Below, piece after piece: positions 18,570-29,268 of a stretch of DNA of 50,740 nucleotides. Under the pieces are notes generated by a model that worked only from the letters and a program-made list of their open reading frames with translations, did no database searches and was not told where the DNA came from. This DNA comes from Candidatus Altiarchaeales archaeon ex4484_2 (GTDB lineage Archaea > Altiarchaeota > Altiarchaeia > IMC4 > QMZM01). Location: assembly GCA_002254565.1 (NCBI GenBank), contig NJEG01000030.1, forward strand, positions 1-50,740. Reading direction: 5' to 3'. Every line of letters begins with the position of its first letter. Within the stretch, counting starts at the first letter, position 1. Made by a program: the position numbers and the translations under genes.

Positions 18570-19019
18570 CTAACTCTCAGCGTGCTCACACACATACTCC
18601 CTGCTTATGCAGAATTCCTTGAAGTGCTCAAGCCATTTAGGATACATTGGCGCCTTCTCAACGAACCTTACGAAGTTAGTTAGCTGCTCAATAGTCTCAG
18701 GACTGAGCTCATGCTCCAGATTACAGGCATCCCTGTCAGCGGTTTTGTCAGAGATGAGGAGTATGTTAAGGAATTTCTTTATCGTGTCGTGTTTTGTTTT
18801 GACTATTCTCCCTATTTTCCCGCCTTTTTTGGTTAATGTAACGCCGCTGTATCGCTCATAGTTCACCAGACCGCCTTCATCCAGTTTCTTCAGCATCTCC
18901 GTAACACTTGGGGGGCTTACACTAAGCTCCCGGGAGAGGTCCTTGGTCCTTGCATAACCCTTCCTGTTCACAATATTGTATATTGCCTCCAGATAATCTT
19001 CAACACTTTTGGAATACAT
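18570..19019 (-). CDS. DtxR/MntR family metal-dependent repressor
   Basis: EDYLEAIY, VSPPSVTEMLKKL and DACNLEHELS. Confidence 0.95.
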   Translation of the reverse strand: MYSKSVEDYLEAIYNIVNRKGYARTKDLSRELSVSPPSVTEMLKKLDEGGLVNYERYSGVTLTKKGGKIGRIVKTKHDTIKKFLNILLISDKTADRDACNLEHELSPETIEQLTNFVRFVEKAPMYPKWLEHFKEFCISREYVCEHAES

Positions 19020-19020
19020 T

Positions 19021-19034
19021 TTAGCCTGACCTAA
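19021..19034. promoter_or_regulatory. DtxR-type operator (autoregulation)
   Basis: TTAGCCTGACCTAA (minus strand TTAGGTCAGGCTAA) immediately before the repressor ATG, resembling the DtxR/IdeR box. Confidence 0.7.
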
Positions 19035-19111
19035 TATTATATGAGTAAGCTAATATATAAATAGACAGTATAAAGCTGGATTCCGAATCCGGGAGGAGGA
19101 TAGCATAGTCC

Positions 19112-19323
19112 TCATAACCTGCTCAGCAGCTTCCTCATGTAGAATTTCTTTCCAAGATATCCCATCTCTATGAGCTTATCCTCTTCAATCAATTTCTCGA
19201 TAACGTTCCACCTGTACTATCCACCGTTATTCCAACAACACCTATCTCATCAAAATATTTTGAAAAAGCCCCCTTCACCGCCCCTATCCTCACAGGATTC
19301 CGTGAACCGACCAGAATTTTCAT
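19112..19323 (-). pseudogene. Deletion scar: YjjX-type ITPase/XTPase 5' stub joined to the 3' end of a probable radical SAM gene
   Basis: From the ATG overlapping the upstream TGA: MKILVGSRNPVRIGAVKGAFSKYFD...VDS. Then, in another frame, WNVIEKLIEEDKLIEMGYLGKKFYMRKLLSRL*. Confidence 0.7.
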
Positions 19324-20354
19324 CATAATCCCGCCAATCCCGGAGGAATCCACTCTCTTCCCTTAATGTTTATCTTCCCCCCGCAGTAAGGACATCTCCC
19401 CTCCCTGATTTTATATTCTATCGTCTCCATCACTCTTCTTCTGATCAATAACTTCTTGCAGTTAGGACAATAGGTGTTGTTCCTTTCACTAATATTTCCG
19501 AGATAAACATACTTCATTCCCTCTGCCCTGGCAATATCATAAGCGCTCTCAAGGGTTTTCAGTGGGGTTTCTGGTATACCCCTGATTTTGTAGGTGGGAA
19601 AGAATCTCAAGAAATGGAGGGGTGTTTCATCCCCTAAATTCACCCTTATCCACTCCACCAACGCCTTCACTTTCTCCATGGAGTCCCCCACCCGGGGGAC
19701 TATTAAATCAGTTACCTCAATGTGAACCTCCTGTTTTTTGTATTCCATCAATGCCTTGTAAATCGGTTCGGATGATGGTACTGCAGAGAATTCCTGCAAA
19801 AAATGTTCATCCCCAGATCCCTTAAAATCAACTGTAGCCGCATCCAAGTACCTGGAAATTTTTTTAATTGGTTTTGGGTTGGTATATCCATTCGTAACCC
19901 ACGTATTATAGAGCCCTTCTTTATGAGCTAATCTAGCGATATCATAGGATAACTCATAGAATATGGTTGGCTCCGTAAAGGTATAACTGATACCCTGACA
20001 TCCGGAATCTCTCGCTAGTTGAACAATTTCCTCTGGAGCTATTTCTCTACCCCCTATCTCCGATTCCTGGCTTATACTCCAATTACAGCAGTATTTACAT
20101 CTCCAATTACAGCCGGGGGTGCAGATTGAAAAGGTCCAGGATCCGGGGGCAAAATTATAGCAGGGTTTCTTTTCAATTGGGTTTGGTGTTGTTGAGCTGA
20201 CTTTATCATAAACCAGAGAGTAGAGTCTCCCATCCATGTTTTTTCTAACCCTGCAGAACCCCGTTTTTCCTTCAGGTATTATGCAATTTCTGGCGCACAG
20301 CTCGCACCTTACCTTATTGTCCCCTAATTTCTCATAGAACATCGCTTCCTTCAT
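19323..20354 (-). CDS. AmmeMemoRadiSam system radical SAM enzyme (PFL-activase-like)
   Basis: MKEA.FY, CELCARNC, NPIEKKP, GCNWRCKYCCNW.ISQ, YTFTEP and C-terminal CP.C/CP.CG. Start at ATG 20354. Confidence 0.92.
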   Translation of the reverse strand: MKEAMFYEKLGDNKVRCELCARNCIIPEGKTGFCRVRKNMDGRLYSLVYDKVSSTTPNPIEKKPCYNFAPGSWTFSICTPGCNWRCKYCCNWSISQESEIGGREIAPEEIVQLARDSGCQGISYTFTEPTIFYELSYDIARLAHKEGLYNTWVTNGYTNPKPIKKISRYLDAATVDFKGSGDEHFLQEFSAVPSSEPIYKALMEYKKQEVHIEVTDLIVPRVGDSMEKVKALVEWIRVNLGDETPLHFLRFFPTYKIRGIPETPLKTLESAYDIARAEGMKYVYLGNISERNNTYCPNCKKLLIRRRVMETIEYKIREGRCPYCGGKINIKGREWIPPGLAGL

Positions 20355-20877
20355 TTTCTTTTCTGAATTTAAAACAAACATAGGTGTTCATCTCTTTCCC
20401 CAGGTATCTCTCCACCCTCCCCAAGGATTTTAATTCCCTTTCCAGCCAATCTAAATCTACGGGGTTATATTCTTTATTTGGATGTGCCAGATTAAAACCA
20501 ACTTTAGTGTATTCTCCAATAATAATTTTTTCTTTTGCGACCCTATAAGCCTCCTGAACAAATTTCTCCCTCTTACCCAGAGGGATATGATGCAAGGCAG
20601 CATAGCTGACAACCACATCAAATTTATCGTTTTTATAGGAAAGATTTGTCGCATCCCCCAGCTCAAATCCGATTCCCTTAATTCCCTCTAACACAGCATC
20701 CTCCCTTGCCTCTCTTAATCTCTTCTTAGAAATGTCGATGGATGTGACCCTACAATTAAAATCCCTTACCGCAATAATTGCCAGAGGCCCGGCCCCTATA
20801 TCCAGCAGGGTTCTATTTTCTACCTCGCCCCTTTCCAATACCTCTGCCCTTAACTTTAAACCGTTCAACTCCTCCAT
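20332..20877 (-). CDS. Class I SAM-dependent methyltransferase
   Basis: LLDIGAG, IDIS, GDATNL and FDVVVS...LHH. Start chosen at ATG 20877. Confidence 0.88.
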   Translation of the reverse strand: MEELNGLKLRAEVLERGEVENRTLLDIGAGPLAIIAVRDFNCRVTSIDISKKRLREAREDAVLEGIKGIGFELGDATNLSYKNDKFDVVVSYAALHHIPLGKREKFVQEAYRVAKEKIIIGEYTKVGFNLAHPNKEYNPVDLDWLERELKSLGRVERYLGKEMNTYVCFKFRKENEGSDVL

Positions 20878-20913
20878 TTTCCCTCCGGAGAGAATATACT
20901 TTGAGATGATCAT

Positions 20914-21396
20914 TTATATGAATCTACCATCCGATCTCTTTCCATATACACTACCAGATCTCTTAGAGAGCCAGCCTGTTCGCTCTACCTTTCGTACATC
21001 AAATTCTGGGACATAGGGTTTAATATCCAATAAAGGAGTACTGTCCAAGATGTCCACATCCTGAATATGGAGTGTACAACCCTCAACCTTAATAAGACGT
21101 ACCACGGAGATGCCGAGGGGGTTTGGTCGTCCCGGGATTCTTGTAGCAAAAACTCCACGTTTGTTAGTATCCATATATGGTCTGACCTCCAATGAATATT
21201 GCTTGGATAGATGGAAATGATAGATCAAGATAATATGTGAAAACCCCCCCATATCTCTGAGCCCCGCGCAGTATTCAGGTAATATCTCTACAGTTCCAGT
21301 AACCCCTCTGGCACCGGTTGGTTGTATGGGCATCCCCTTAGCATCCCTGAAAGGGGAGTGAATGATCCCTATAGGTTTGTATCTAACTTCTCTCAT
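20914..21396 (-). CDS. tsaA: tRNA m6t6A37 methyltransferase TrmO/TsaA family
   Basis: PIGIIHSPF, FSHI..IYHFH, GVFATR.P.RPNP and TPLLDIKPY. Confidence 0.92.
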   Translation of the reverse strand: MREVRYKPIGIIHSPFRDAKGMPIQPTGARGVTGTVEILPEYCAGLRDMGGFSHIILIYHFHLSKQYSLEVRPYMDTNKRGVFATRIPGRPNPLGISVVRLIKVEGCTLHIQDVDILDSTPLLDIKPYVPEFDVRKVERTGWLSKRSGSVYGKRSDGRFI

Positions 21397-21577
21397 TTTT
21401 TCATTACCCTCACCATCCTTGGGAAAAACATCCCTGTTCTTTCTTTATATTCCTGCCGTACAATTCAGTCATCTGGTTTTCCTCTATCCTGCAGTCCAGA
21501 TACCATATTGGAATGAACGCTAACATAATCATGAACCAGATTTCAGAGAAAAATAAAATCCCGGCTCCTGTTAACAT
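21393..21577 (-). pseudogene. 3' remnant of ICMT/PEMT-family membrane methyltransferase, frameshifted
   Basis: Hydrophobic stretch then RIEENQMTELYG, continuing in another frame as EYKERTGMFFPR (family pattern EE..L...yG..Y..Y...t..f.P). Confidence 0.6.
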
Positions 21578-21668
21578 AACAGGCTCTTCTCCCAGTTTAG
21601 GGAGGAATCGTGTTATCTATAGGTGATGGATCAAAAATACCAGCTAAAAGTAAGGGAAAACAACTAGA

Positions 21669-21700
21669 TTAGCGGGGTGACTGCTTAGCGGGGTGACTGC
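21669..21700. repeat. Perfect 16-bp tandem duplication
   Basis: TTAGCGGGGTGACTGC twice. Confidence 0.9.
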
Positions 21701-21742
21701 TCTTACTGCAGTTCCTATTGGTTGGATATCATCTGGTAGAGA

Positions 21743-21817
21743 TGCTCCCGCCGGGATTCGAACCCGGGTCACCGGCTCGAAAGGCCGGAATGATTGGCCG
21801 GACTACACTACAGGAGC
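21743..21817 (-). tRNA. tRNA-Glu (UUC), intronless, CCA not encoded
   Basis: Acceptor stem GCTCCTG/CGGGAGC-A, anticodon arm CCGGC-CTTTCGA-GCCGG, T arm CCGGG-TTCGAAT-CCCGG. Confidence 0.96.
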
Positions 21818-21899
21818 ATTAAAAAAAACGCTATAGAAAAAAAGATATAGGAAAACAATCATAAATAACCCACAAAAACCCCTCCAAACCCACAAAAAA

Positions 21900-22208
21900 C
21901 TAATTAGTCAACTCAACCTCAATATACACGCCATCAGGCACCTGAATGCGCATAATCTGCCTAAGACTCCGCTCATCAGCATCCACATCAATAATCCTCT
22001 TATGAACCCTCATCTCCCAACGCTCCCAAGTAGCCGTGCCCTCACCATCAGGGCTCTTACGGGTAGTGACCTTCATCTTCCTGGTTGGAAGAGGCACAGG
22101 ACCGGAAAAACCAACACCAGTCTTCTCAGTAACACTGATTATTTCACCCGATATCTCCCCCAACTGCCTGGGATCCCTTCCAATAAGGATAATTCTAGCT
22201 TTCTCCAT
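21900..22208 (-). CDS. rps10: 30S ribosomal protein S10
   Basis: [27 protein letters not shown]. Confidence 0.97.
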   Translation of the reverse strand: MEKARIILIGRDPRQLGEISGEIISVTEKTGVGFSGPVPLPTRKMKVTTRKSPDGEGTATWERWEMRVHKRIIDVDADERSLRQIMRIQVPDGVYIEVELTN

Positions 22209-22239
22209 AATCAAAAAAAAAAATAAAAATAAAAAAAAA

Positions 22240-23511
22240 TTAAAGCTTCTTAGGGGTTATATCAATCACCATACCAGCCGCCACAGTCTTACCCATATCC
22301 CGGATAGCGAAACGCCCCAGCTGCGGGAAATCCTTCGCCTTCTCAATGCACAACAACTTAGTGGGCTTAACCTTCACCACAGCCACATCACCAGTCTTTA
22401 GAAACTGCGGACTCTCCTCCGAAACCTGACCCGTCTTAGGGTCGATCTTCTTCACCAACTCAGTGAACTGGCAAGCCACCTGCGCAGTATGCACGTGGAA
22501 CACAGGCGTGTACCCAACCGTTAACGCTGACGGATGCTGTAAAACCACAATCTGAGCTGTGAAATCCTCAGCCACCATAGGAGGATTATCCGATGGACCG
22601 GCCACGTCACCTCTCTTGATGTCGTTTTTACCGACACCCCTGACATTGAATCCGACATTATCGCCGGGAACAGCCTCAGACAGCTGCTCATGATGCATCT
22701 CAACAGTCTTCACCTCACCCACAGCTTTACTGGGCATGAATATCAACTTCTGACCGGGCTTCATAACCCCAGTCTCCACCCTCCCAACAGGAACAGTACC
22801 CACACCAGTTATGGTATAAACATCCTGAATCGGGAGCCTAAGAGCCTTATCAACAGGCTTCTCAGGAGCGGCTAAACTATCGAAGGCGCTGATTAATGTC
22901 ACACCCTTATACCAGCTCATATTCTCGCTTTTTTCCTTAAGATTATCTCCCACATACGCCGATACAGGTATGAAAGGAATCTCATCCACCTTATAGCCTA
23001 TACTCTTCAACAGATTAGAGAGCTGCTCCTTAACCTCCCCATATTTAGACTCATCATAGTTGACTGCATCCATCTTATTCAACGCCACAATCAACTGCTT
23101 CACTCCAAGAGTCTTAGCCAGGAACGCGTGCTCCTTAGTCTGGGGCATAACACCATCCTTAACAGAACACACCAGAACAGCAGCATCAGCCTGTGAAGTG
23201 CCTGTAATCATGTTCTTCACAAAGTCTCTATGCCCTGGAGCGTCAATAATAGTGAAAAAATTCTTGGGGGTGCTGAACTTCTTATGAGCTACATCAATCG
23301 TCAAACCTCTTTCCCGCTCATCTTTCAGGGAGTCCATAACCCACGCGAACTCGAATGTTCCCTTACCCAGCTTATCAGCCTCATCCTTGTATTTCTTCAG
23401 AACCTGCTCTGGAACCTCTCCAAGCTCATAAAGTAAACGACCTACTAATGTCGACTTCCCGTGATCAACGTGTCCAATAAATACTAGATTTATATGTGGT
23501 TTCTCAGCCAT
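22240..23511 (-). CDS. tuf: Elongation factor 1-alpha
   Basis: [27 protein letters not shown] and GRFAIRDMG. Confidence 0.99.
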   Translation of the reverse strand: MAEKPHINLVFIGHVDHGKSTLVGRLLYELGEVPEQVLKKYKDEADKLGKGTFEFAWVMDSLKDERERGLTIDVAHKKFSTPKNFFTIIDAPGHRDFVKNMITGTSQADAAVLVCSVKDGVMPQTKEHAFLAKTLGVKQLIVALNKMDAVNYDESKYGEVKEQLSNLLKSIGYKVDEIPFIPVSAYVGDNLKEKSENMSWYKGVTLISAFDSLAAPEKPVDKALRLPIQDVYTITGVGTVPVGRVETGVMKPGQKLIFMPSKAVGEVKTVEMHHEQLSEAVPGDNVGFNVRGVGKNDIKRGDVAGPSDNPPMVAEDFTAQIVVLQHPSALTVGYTPVFHVHTAQVACQFTELVKKIDPKTGQVSEESPQFLKTGDVAVVKVKPTKLLCIEKAKDFPQLGRFAIRDMGKTVAAGMVIDITPKKL

Positions 23512-23607
23512 TTTATCTCCCTCCTAATTTTTTCACCTAACAGGTAAATGTCGAGTGTTAACATAGATTTAGTAATGTGTTTAAGACTTTAAAAATAGCC
23601 ACATCCC

Positions 23608-25797
23608 TCACTCCATATAGTCTGCGGACTTAGGTATGCCCTTTTTCAAACCCTTGCGGTTCCTGATTCTGATTATTATGTCCTCCTGCAGTTCAGAGGG
23701 TACCCTATCGAATCCAGCATTCTCTGTAGACCAGAGGGCATGGCCTTCGGAGGCGCTTCTGATGTCCCCAGCGAAGCCGAATGATTCAGCCACCGGCAGC
23801 TTCCCCTCCACAGTCATCAACTCCTCCTTCTGCTTCATGTCATGCACTACACCCCGCCTTCTCTGGATTTCGCTGGTAACGGGACTCATGTATTCCTGGG
23901 GCACGTCAACCCACATAGTCTGCACCGGTTCAAGCAACATAGGCTTAGCTGATAGGATGCATGCCTTTATAGGGTTCTTGACTGCCGGGTAAACCTGGGC
24001 CGGACCCCTGTGGATGGCATCCTCATGTAGTCTAGCGTCCATTAACTTAACCTTCATTCTGGAAGCTGGTTCATTAGCCAAGGGAGATGAATTCATCACA
24101 TCCTCAAAGGAATCAAGTATCAACTCCATAACCTCATCCAGATGGATTATACCACGGGTCATGTCTAACATCATATTCCCCTGATACACATCTATTACTC
24201 TGGCAGCTTCATCCCGATCCATACCATACCCCTCCAGTTCCTTCCTGATGTCCTTGCTCCTGCGCTTCCTCCGGCCCTGCTCTATATTCCCATCAACAAT
24301 AGCCTGATACACACTCTCCTCAAGGGGCTCAACAGCTATATAGAATTTGTTGTGCTTGTTCGGTGATTTTCCCTCCACCGGGCCGAATTTCCCAGTAACA
24401 GTCTCCCGGTATACAACAATAGGAGGTGAAGTCTCGATATCCAAACCACCATCTTTTATCCTGTTTATTATGACATCCAGGTGCAGCTCGCCCATTCCGG
24501 ACAACAGATGCTCTCCCGTCTCCTCGTCTATCTTCACCTCAAGGGTCGGGTCCTCCTTAGAGACCTGCCTCAAAACCTCGATAACCTTAGGCAGGTCCTG
24601 TGTCTTTTTGGCTTCAACTGCTATGGTAACAACAGGCTCGGAGACATGAATCATGCCCTCGAAGGGCTTTATGTCATTCACAGCTACTGTTTCACCTGCC
24701 GTGGCACTCTTTAATCCAGTAATTCCCACAATGTTACCCGCGCAGACCGAGTCAGTGCTAACTCGCGTAGCGCCCATGTAGAAGCTGACCTGCTGCACTC
24801 TTTCGGTCTTTTTAGCGCCAACCATGTAGACATCCTGGCCCTGCTCAACACGCCCCGAAAAAATTCTTGCGGTAGCTACCTCACCCTCCCTCTTATCAAA
24901 TACTGAGATGTTTGTTACCATCATAGCCAGCTCACCTGTGGGGTCGCAGTCAATCATTGATTTACCTATTCCGGATTCAAAATCCCCCTTCCATATCTGT
25001 GGGATCCTCATCTCCTGAGCTGTAAGAGGATTAGGTAAGTGTTTCACTGCAATGTTAAGCATGATTTCATGAGCTGGAGCCTTTTCAGCAAGCTCTTGCT
25101 GCCTTTCCTCGTTACAGAAGTCTATTATGTCCTTGAATGTAATACCTGATTTTTTCATGTAAGGCACGGAAATAGCCCAGTTGTGGTATGCTGAACCGAA
25201 AGCAACCGAACCCTCATCTACACTAACAGTCCAGTCTTTTCCTTCAGGCTGTCTCTGTTTAATCAATTTGTTGACATTCTGGATAATCCTCAAAAACCTC
25301 TTCTGAAGTTCCTCGGGTGAAAGCTTTAACTCGTTTATCAATCGGTCAACTTTATTAATGAACAATGTAGGCTTCACGTTTTCTTTAATAGCCTGGCTGA
25401 TTACTGTCTTGGTCTGCGGCATAACACCTTCCACAGCACAGACTACTACGATAACCCCGTCAACTGCTCTCATAGCACGGGTAACATCACCCCCAAAATC
25501 GACGTGCCCAGGGGTGTCTATCATGTTAATGAGATACTCCCTATCCGCGTAGGGGTGCACCATGGATATGTTAGCTGCGTTAATGGTTATGCCCCTCTCT
25601 CTCTCATCATCGTGGAAGTCCAGGGCCAGCTGCTTGCCGGCCATCTCCTTTGATATCATTCCCGCATTAGAGAGCAGGTTATCCGAAAGCGTTGTTTTCC
25701 CATGATCTATGTGCGCCACAATGCCCATGTTGCGGATTTGCTCAGGCTTCTCTATCAGAGCCCTGATCTTCTCCGCCATCTTTTTCGCTCTGCCCAT
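23608..25797 (-). CDS. fusA: Elongation factor 2
   Basis: [23 protein letters not shown] and the intact diphthamide loop [11 protein letters not shown]. Confidence 0.98.
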   Translation of the reverse strand: MGRAKKMAEKIRALIEKPEQIRNMGIVAHIDHGKTTLSDNLLSNAGMISKEMAGKQLALDFHDDERERGITINAANISMVHPYADREYLINMIDTPGHVDFGGDVTRAMRAVDGVIVVVCAVEGVMPQTKTVISQAIKENVKPTLFINKVDRLINELKLSPEELQKRFLRIIQNVNKLIKQRQPEGKDWTVSVDEGSVAFGSAYHNWAISVPYMKKSGITFKDIIDFCNEERQQELAEKAPAHEIMLNIAVKHLPNPLTAQEMRIPQIWKGDFESGIGKSMIDCDPTGELAMMVTNISVFDKREGEVATARIFSGRVEQGQDVYMVGAKKTERVQQVSFYMGATRVSTDSVCAGNIVGITGLKSATAGETVAVNDIKPFEGMIHVSEPVVTIAVEAKKTQDLPKVIEVLRQVSKEDPTLEVKIDEETGEHLLSGMGELHLDVIINRIKDGGLDIETSPPIVVYRETVTGKFGPVEGKSPNKHNKFYIAVEPLEESVYQAIVDGNIEQGRRKRRSKDIRKELEGYGMDRDEAARVIDVYQGNMMLDMTRGIIHLDEVMELILDSFEDVMNSSPLANEPASRMKVKLMDARLHEDAIHRGPAQVYPAVKNPIKACILSAKPMLLEPVQTMWVDVPQEYMSPVTSEIQRRRGVVHDMKQKEELMTVEGKLPVAESFGFAGDIRSASEGHALWSTENAGFDRVPSELQEDIIIRIRNRKGLKKGIPKSADYME

Positions 25798-25804
25798 TTT
25801 TCAA

Positions 25805-26413
25805 TTACCTTGAGGATTGCGCAATCCTCTCGGTTTCCTCCTTTCTTTGGATTGCATAGCCCTTAGTGTCTGACTTTGAAGCCCATATAATCTCATCAGC
25901 GAGACATTCACCAATAGACTTCTTGGAGTTGAACGAGTTAGAGAACGCCCCAAGGGCTATGTACTTGAGAGCGAAATCAATCCTTCTCTGGGATGAAACA
26001 TCTATGGCCTTATGATACCTGATTCCACCATATATTATAGTAGTGGTCTCCTCCCTAGGCCCTGAATTGTTCACTGCATCAACGAAAACCTGGAGTGGGT
26101 TCTTTTCCGTTCTCTTAGCTATTATGTCAAATGCTGTCTCCACAATATTTATTGCATTGTATTTCTTGCCAGTGTTCCCTGAGCCCCTGATGTACCTGCC
26201 AGATACCTTCCGGGTTCCCTGACCGCTGCGCATTAGCTTATTAACCAAGCGCTCCACTATGTTCATCTTTGACTTAGAGAACTGTTTCCCTGTAAGCCTG
26301 CCGGCAGTGTGCGGAACATACACCGGGTCAAGGGATATATACCTCTGCAATCCCTCATCCCCCACCATCACATCGTTAAAGCCCCACTTACCGAACAATT
26401 TTATCTCAGCCAT
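25805..26413 (-). CDS. rps7: 30S ribosomal protein S7
   Basis: KLFGKW, IVERLVNKLM, NPLQV, PREE and E.ERIA.SSR. Confidence 0.97.
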   Translation of the reverse strand: MAEIKLFGKWGFNDVMVGDEGLQRYISLDPVYVPHTAGRLTGKQFSKSKMNIVERLVNKLMRSGQGTRKVSGRYIRGSGNTGKKYNAINIVETAFDIIAKRTEKNPLQVFVDAVNNSGPREETTTIIYGGIRYHKAIDVSSQRRIDFALKYIALGAFSNSFNSKKSIGECLADEIIWASKSDTKGYAIQRKEETERIAQSSR

Positions 26414-26414
26414 T

Positions 26415-26567
26415 TTAGCTATAAACCTTGAATCCTATTCTTTCAGCGTTCTCCCTGAAGCATCTCCTGCAGATATGCAGGCCGTATTTATGGATTAATC
26501 CCTTCTTTGCCCCACATATAGAGCACCTCAGGTTTTTTACGTCGAATCTTGGGTTTTTTTTGGACAT
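26415..26567 (-). CDS. rps14: 30S ribosomal protein S14 (Zn type; not in ORF track)
   Basis: Hand translation [50 protein letters not shown]. Confidence 0.95.
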   Translation of the reverse strand: MSKKNPRFDVKNLRCSICGAKKGLIHKYGLHICRRCFRENAERIGFKVYS

Positions 26568-26572
26568 TTTAT

Positions 26573-27094
26573 TTATTCTTTCACCACATCAACCTTGAAC
26601 TTCTTTTTTATGAACTCTATCGACTCCTCGCGTGTAATTCTTTTACTGAGGGGTACTTTTTTCTTTCTTATCCGTCTCTTCTTTATCCGGTATCCCGGTC
26701 TCTGCAGGGTCATAGTGACGTCCATGCCAAATATACCGATATCTGGATCGTATTTCATCTTCGGGAAATCAATATATTCCCGGATTCCGAATGAGAGATT
26801 TCCTTCATCATCAAAGTTCCTGGCTTTTATTTCGTTATCTACTGTGATGAAACATTTTTTGATGAAATCCTCAGCCACCCCACCTCTTAACGTGACCTTA
26901 CACCCTATGGGGTCGCCTTTTTTCAAACCCCATGCGGGAACCCTGCTCCTTGAGATAGTCCTGACCGGTTTTCTGGTTGTTAAACGCTCCAGGAGGGTTT
27001 CCGCGTTAACCAGTTTCTCGCCGGATTTGCCTGCTCCTATGTTAACAACGACCTTCTCTATTCTCGGTTCCTCCATAACGTTCGTGTATTCCAT
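26573..27094 (-). CDS. rpl5: 50S ribosomal protein L5
   Basis: [25 protein letters not shown] and [11 protein letters not shown]. Confidence 0.97.
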   Translation of the reverse strand: MEYTNVMEEPRIEKVVVNIGAGKSGEKLVNAETLLERLTTRKPVRTISRSRVPAWGLKKGDPIGCKVTLRGGVAEDFIKKCFITVDNEIKARNFDDEGNLSFGIREYIDFPKMKYDPDIGIFGMDVTMTLQRPGYRIKKRRIRKKKVPLSKRITREESIEFIKKKFKVDVVKE

Positions 27095-27095
27095 T

Positions 27096-27773
27096 CTATA
27101 AATCCAGCAATGAATTCTTCTTACCCACTATGAACAGATAGCTAGTGAGCGTCTGCAGCTCACCTAATCTAGTCAATGATTTATGTTTCCTGCTTCCTGG
27201 CATTATTTTATCAATTTTGCCGATTTCCCCGGCATGTACCCCGTCAACCACTAGGGCGGTGTTGCCTTCCTTGAACTTCACTAAGTCCTTGATTTTCCTT
27301 TCCGGCAGCTCCAACACCACAGAATCCTTGGTCATGTAATCCTTCTTGTCTTTTTTATCCACGATAATGTTGCTGCCGTCGTGGAAGTTGAGCTGTATTC
27401 GGCCCCCTCTGACCACTGTTTTATCTATGATCTTGCATAACTTCGTTCCAGCATCCTTCTTTTTTATCTCCTTTAACACCATCGTTTTTTTCTTTGGCAG
27501 CACGATAAATCTCTTCTTGACATCAGGTATCTCCACCACATCCATCAAACCCACACCATAGTTTGGATCTCTCCTGACCTTTTTGTCTACTAACACATGA
27601 TCGCTATTCAATATCTTCCGTGCCTCTTTCGCCGTTTTAGCATATCCCAGTATATCCCTCAGGATATATGATAGGGTAATACTCTTCTTTTTGGGATGTG
27701 GTCCAGCTCTTACTGTAGAGATAAACCTTGGTTTCTTCCCATAGCCTGTTGCAATTCTCTTGGTGTGTGTCAT
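27096..27773 (-). CDS. rps4e: 30S ribosomal protein S4e
   Basis: GPH, LRD.LGYA, VGLMDV, QLNFHDG and G.HAG.IG; canonical operon position. Confidence 0.95.
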   Translation of the reverse strand: MTHTKRIATGYGKKPRFISTVRAGPHPKKKSITLSYILRDILGYAKTAKEARKILNSDHVLVDKKVRRDPNYGVGLMDVVEIPDVKKRFIVLPKKKTMVLKEIKKKDAGTKLCKIIDKTVVRGGRIQLNFHDGSNIIVDKKDKKDYMTKDSVVLELPERKIKDLVKFKEGNTALVVDGVHAGEIGKIDKIMPGSRKHKSLTRLGELQTLTSYLFIVGKKNSLLDL

Positions 27774-28144
27774 TATTTCTTCATACCTCTCTCCAGTAAC
27801 TCAATTCTTTTCTTATCATCCAGCGTTAAGTCGGTTATCATAACATTAGAGGGATCTATGGGTCTAGCAACATCTGTCCCATCAGTCTTCTTGATGTTAA
27901 CTCCATCAATGTATACACGGGATTTACCTACATCAACCTTCGTTACTTCACCCCCGTTGCCCTTGAACTCCCCTCTCAGTATCTTCACTGTATCGCCTTT
28001 CCTGATTGGGATAGTCATCCGCCCATATTTACCCCTGAGTTTCCTGTCAAGGCAGCTTCCCATAAACTTCCTCCGTTTATGTAGGGGTGCATCAACTCTC
28101 CACTTCCTTTGCTTACCCGGCTTAACTGATTTTGTTTGCTTCAT
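27773..28144 (-). CDS. rpl24: 50S ribosomal protein L24
   Basis: PGKQRK, APLH.R, IRKGDTV.ILRG and PIDPSNV. Confidence 0.96.
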   Translation of the reverse strand: MKQTKSVKPGKQRKWRVDAPLHKRRKFMGSCLDRKLRGKYGRMTIPIRKGDTVKILRGEFKGNGGEVTKVDVGKSRVYIDGVNIKKTDGTDVARPIDPSNVMITDLTLDDKKRIELLERGMKK

Positions 28145-28152
28145 CTTTGAAT

Positions 28153-28590
28153 CTAAACCACCATTGATGCTATAGAGCCTATCTTAGTCCATCTCTCAGC
28201 AGCCTCTCTCGCTACGGGAGTCTTTATCTCAGTCCCTTTTGGCAATCCATCCTCGCCTACGATGACCGCTGCATTATCCTCAAACCTGATTTTTGAGCCG
28301 TTAAATCTCGTGTACGGCTTCTTTTGCCTCACCACAACAGCCAAGACCACTTGTTTCCTTAAATCCTGCCTCCCCTTCTTAACTGAACAAACCACGAGAG
28401 TGCCTACCCCAGCCATTGGAAGCCTCCTGCGAACTCCCCTGTATCTTTTCACCGCGATAATCTCCAGCTCCTTCGCCCCGGTGTTGTCTGCACACTTAAG
28501 TCTGGCTCCAACCGGTAGATTAGGCTGTATCCTAGCGGTTATCGCCTTACCTGTGGGCAGGTTCTTTGATACACCAAGTGGTTTAGCCAT
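28153..28590 (-). CDS. rpl14: 50S ribosomal protein L14
   Basis: [14 protein letters not shown] and FEDNAAV. Confidence 0.97.
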   Translation of the reverse strand: MAKPLGVSKNLPTGKAITARIQPNLPVGARLKCADNTGAKELEIIAVKRYRGVRRRLPMAGVGTLVVCSVKKGRQDLRKQVVLAVVVRQKKPYTRFNGSKIRFEDNAAVIVGEDGLPKGTEIKTPVAREAAERWTKIGSIASMVV

Positions 28591-28591
28591 C

Positions 28592-28906
28592 TTAAATCTT
28601 TTTTGTCACAACAAAGCTCACGGTCTTGCTGAGCTTCCTGCATTCCTCAATCTGCACGTTATCACCCGTCTTAGCGTCAATGCAGGGTGGATTATGTGCA
28701 GGTATCCTGGATTTAGCTGTCCTGTATCTCTCATATTTACCTGACTTGATAAAGTAATTCTTCTGCACTATCACTGTCCTGATCATCTTGTCCGAGACAA
28801 CAACACCCTCCAAGACAATGCCCCGGGTTGGGAGCTGTCCATGGATGGGGCAGTTCATGTCACTGCATTCCACTTTTCCCTCTGCCTTTTTCTTTTTCGC
28901 CGTCAT
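28592..28906 (-). CDS. rps17: 30S ribosomal protein S17
   Basis: [27 protein letters not shown] and ECR.LSKT. Confidence 0.96.
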   Translation of the reverse strand: MTAKKKKAEGKVECSDMNCPIHGQLPTRGIVLEGVVVSDKMIRTVIVQKNYFIKSGKYERYRTAKSRIPAHNPPCIDAKTGDNVQIEECRKLSKTVSFVVTKKI

Positions 28907-28910
28907 TTTT

Positions 28911-29195
28911 TCAAGCAAACCTTATACGATGTTTCTTTTTCGTCCTGTCCTCTGGTCTTGAAAGCAGTAAACTGCCTTCAACCCTCACTTCCACCTTGGA
29001 GGGTAGAGTGAACTCGAACAATGAATCCTTTTTAGGGATTTTTTTCTCCCCATATCTTGTTTTTAGGGTAACTGTGTTAAGGGTTTCATCCACAACCCTA
29101 CCCTCACACCCATGTCCCTGATGTTTTGAATCAACCACGTTAGCCCTTAAACCGATGAGCTCATGCCTTAATATGTTCAATGGTGTTATGGTCAT
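28911..29195 (-). CDS. rnp1: Ribonuclease P protein component 1 (Rpp29)
   Basis: NILRHELIGL, G.VVDET.NT, IPK and RPEDR; canonical position. Confidence 0.93.
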   Translation of the reverse strand: MTITPLNILRHELIGLRANVVDSKHQGHGCEGRVVDETLNTVTLKTRYGEKKIPKKDSLFEFTLPSKVEVRVEGSLLLSRPEDRTKKKHRIRFA

Positions 29196-29268
29196 TGCTA
29201 TCGGGTTAGGTCTATTGGTGGATTAGTTGCATACCCTCTTTTTTCCTGTGAGGATGATAATGAAAACC

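Noticed and set aside
21669-21700. Mini-CRISPR or regulatory array
   Set aside because: Only two abutting 16-bp copies; a simple tandem duplication.
23608-25797. Non-canonical EF-2 paralog lacking diphthamide site
   Set aside because: The HRG motif is intact and the gene is in the standard S7-EF2-EF1a context.
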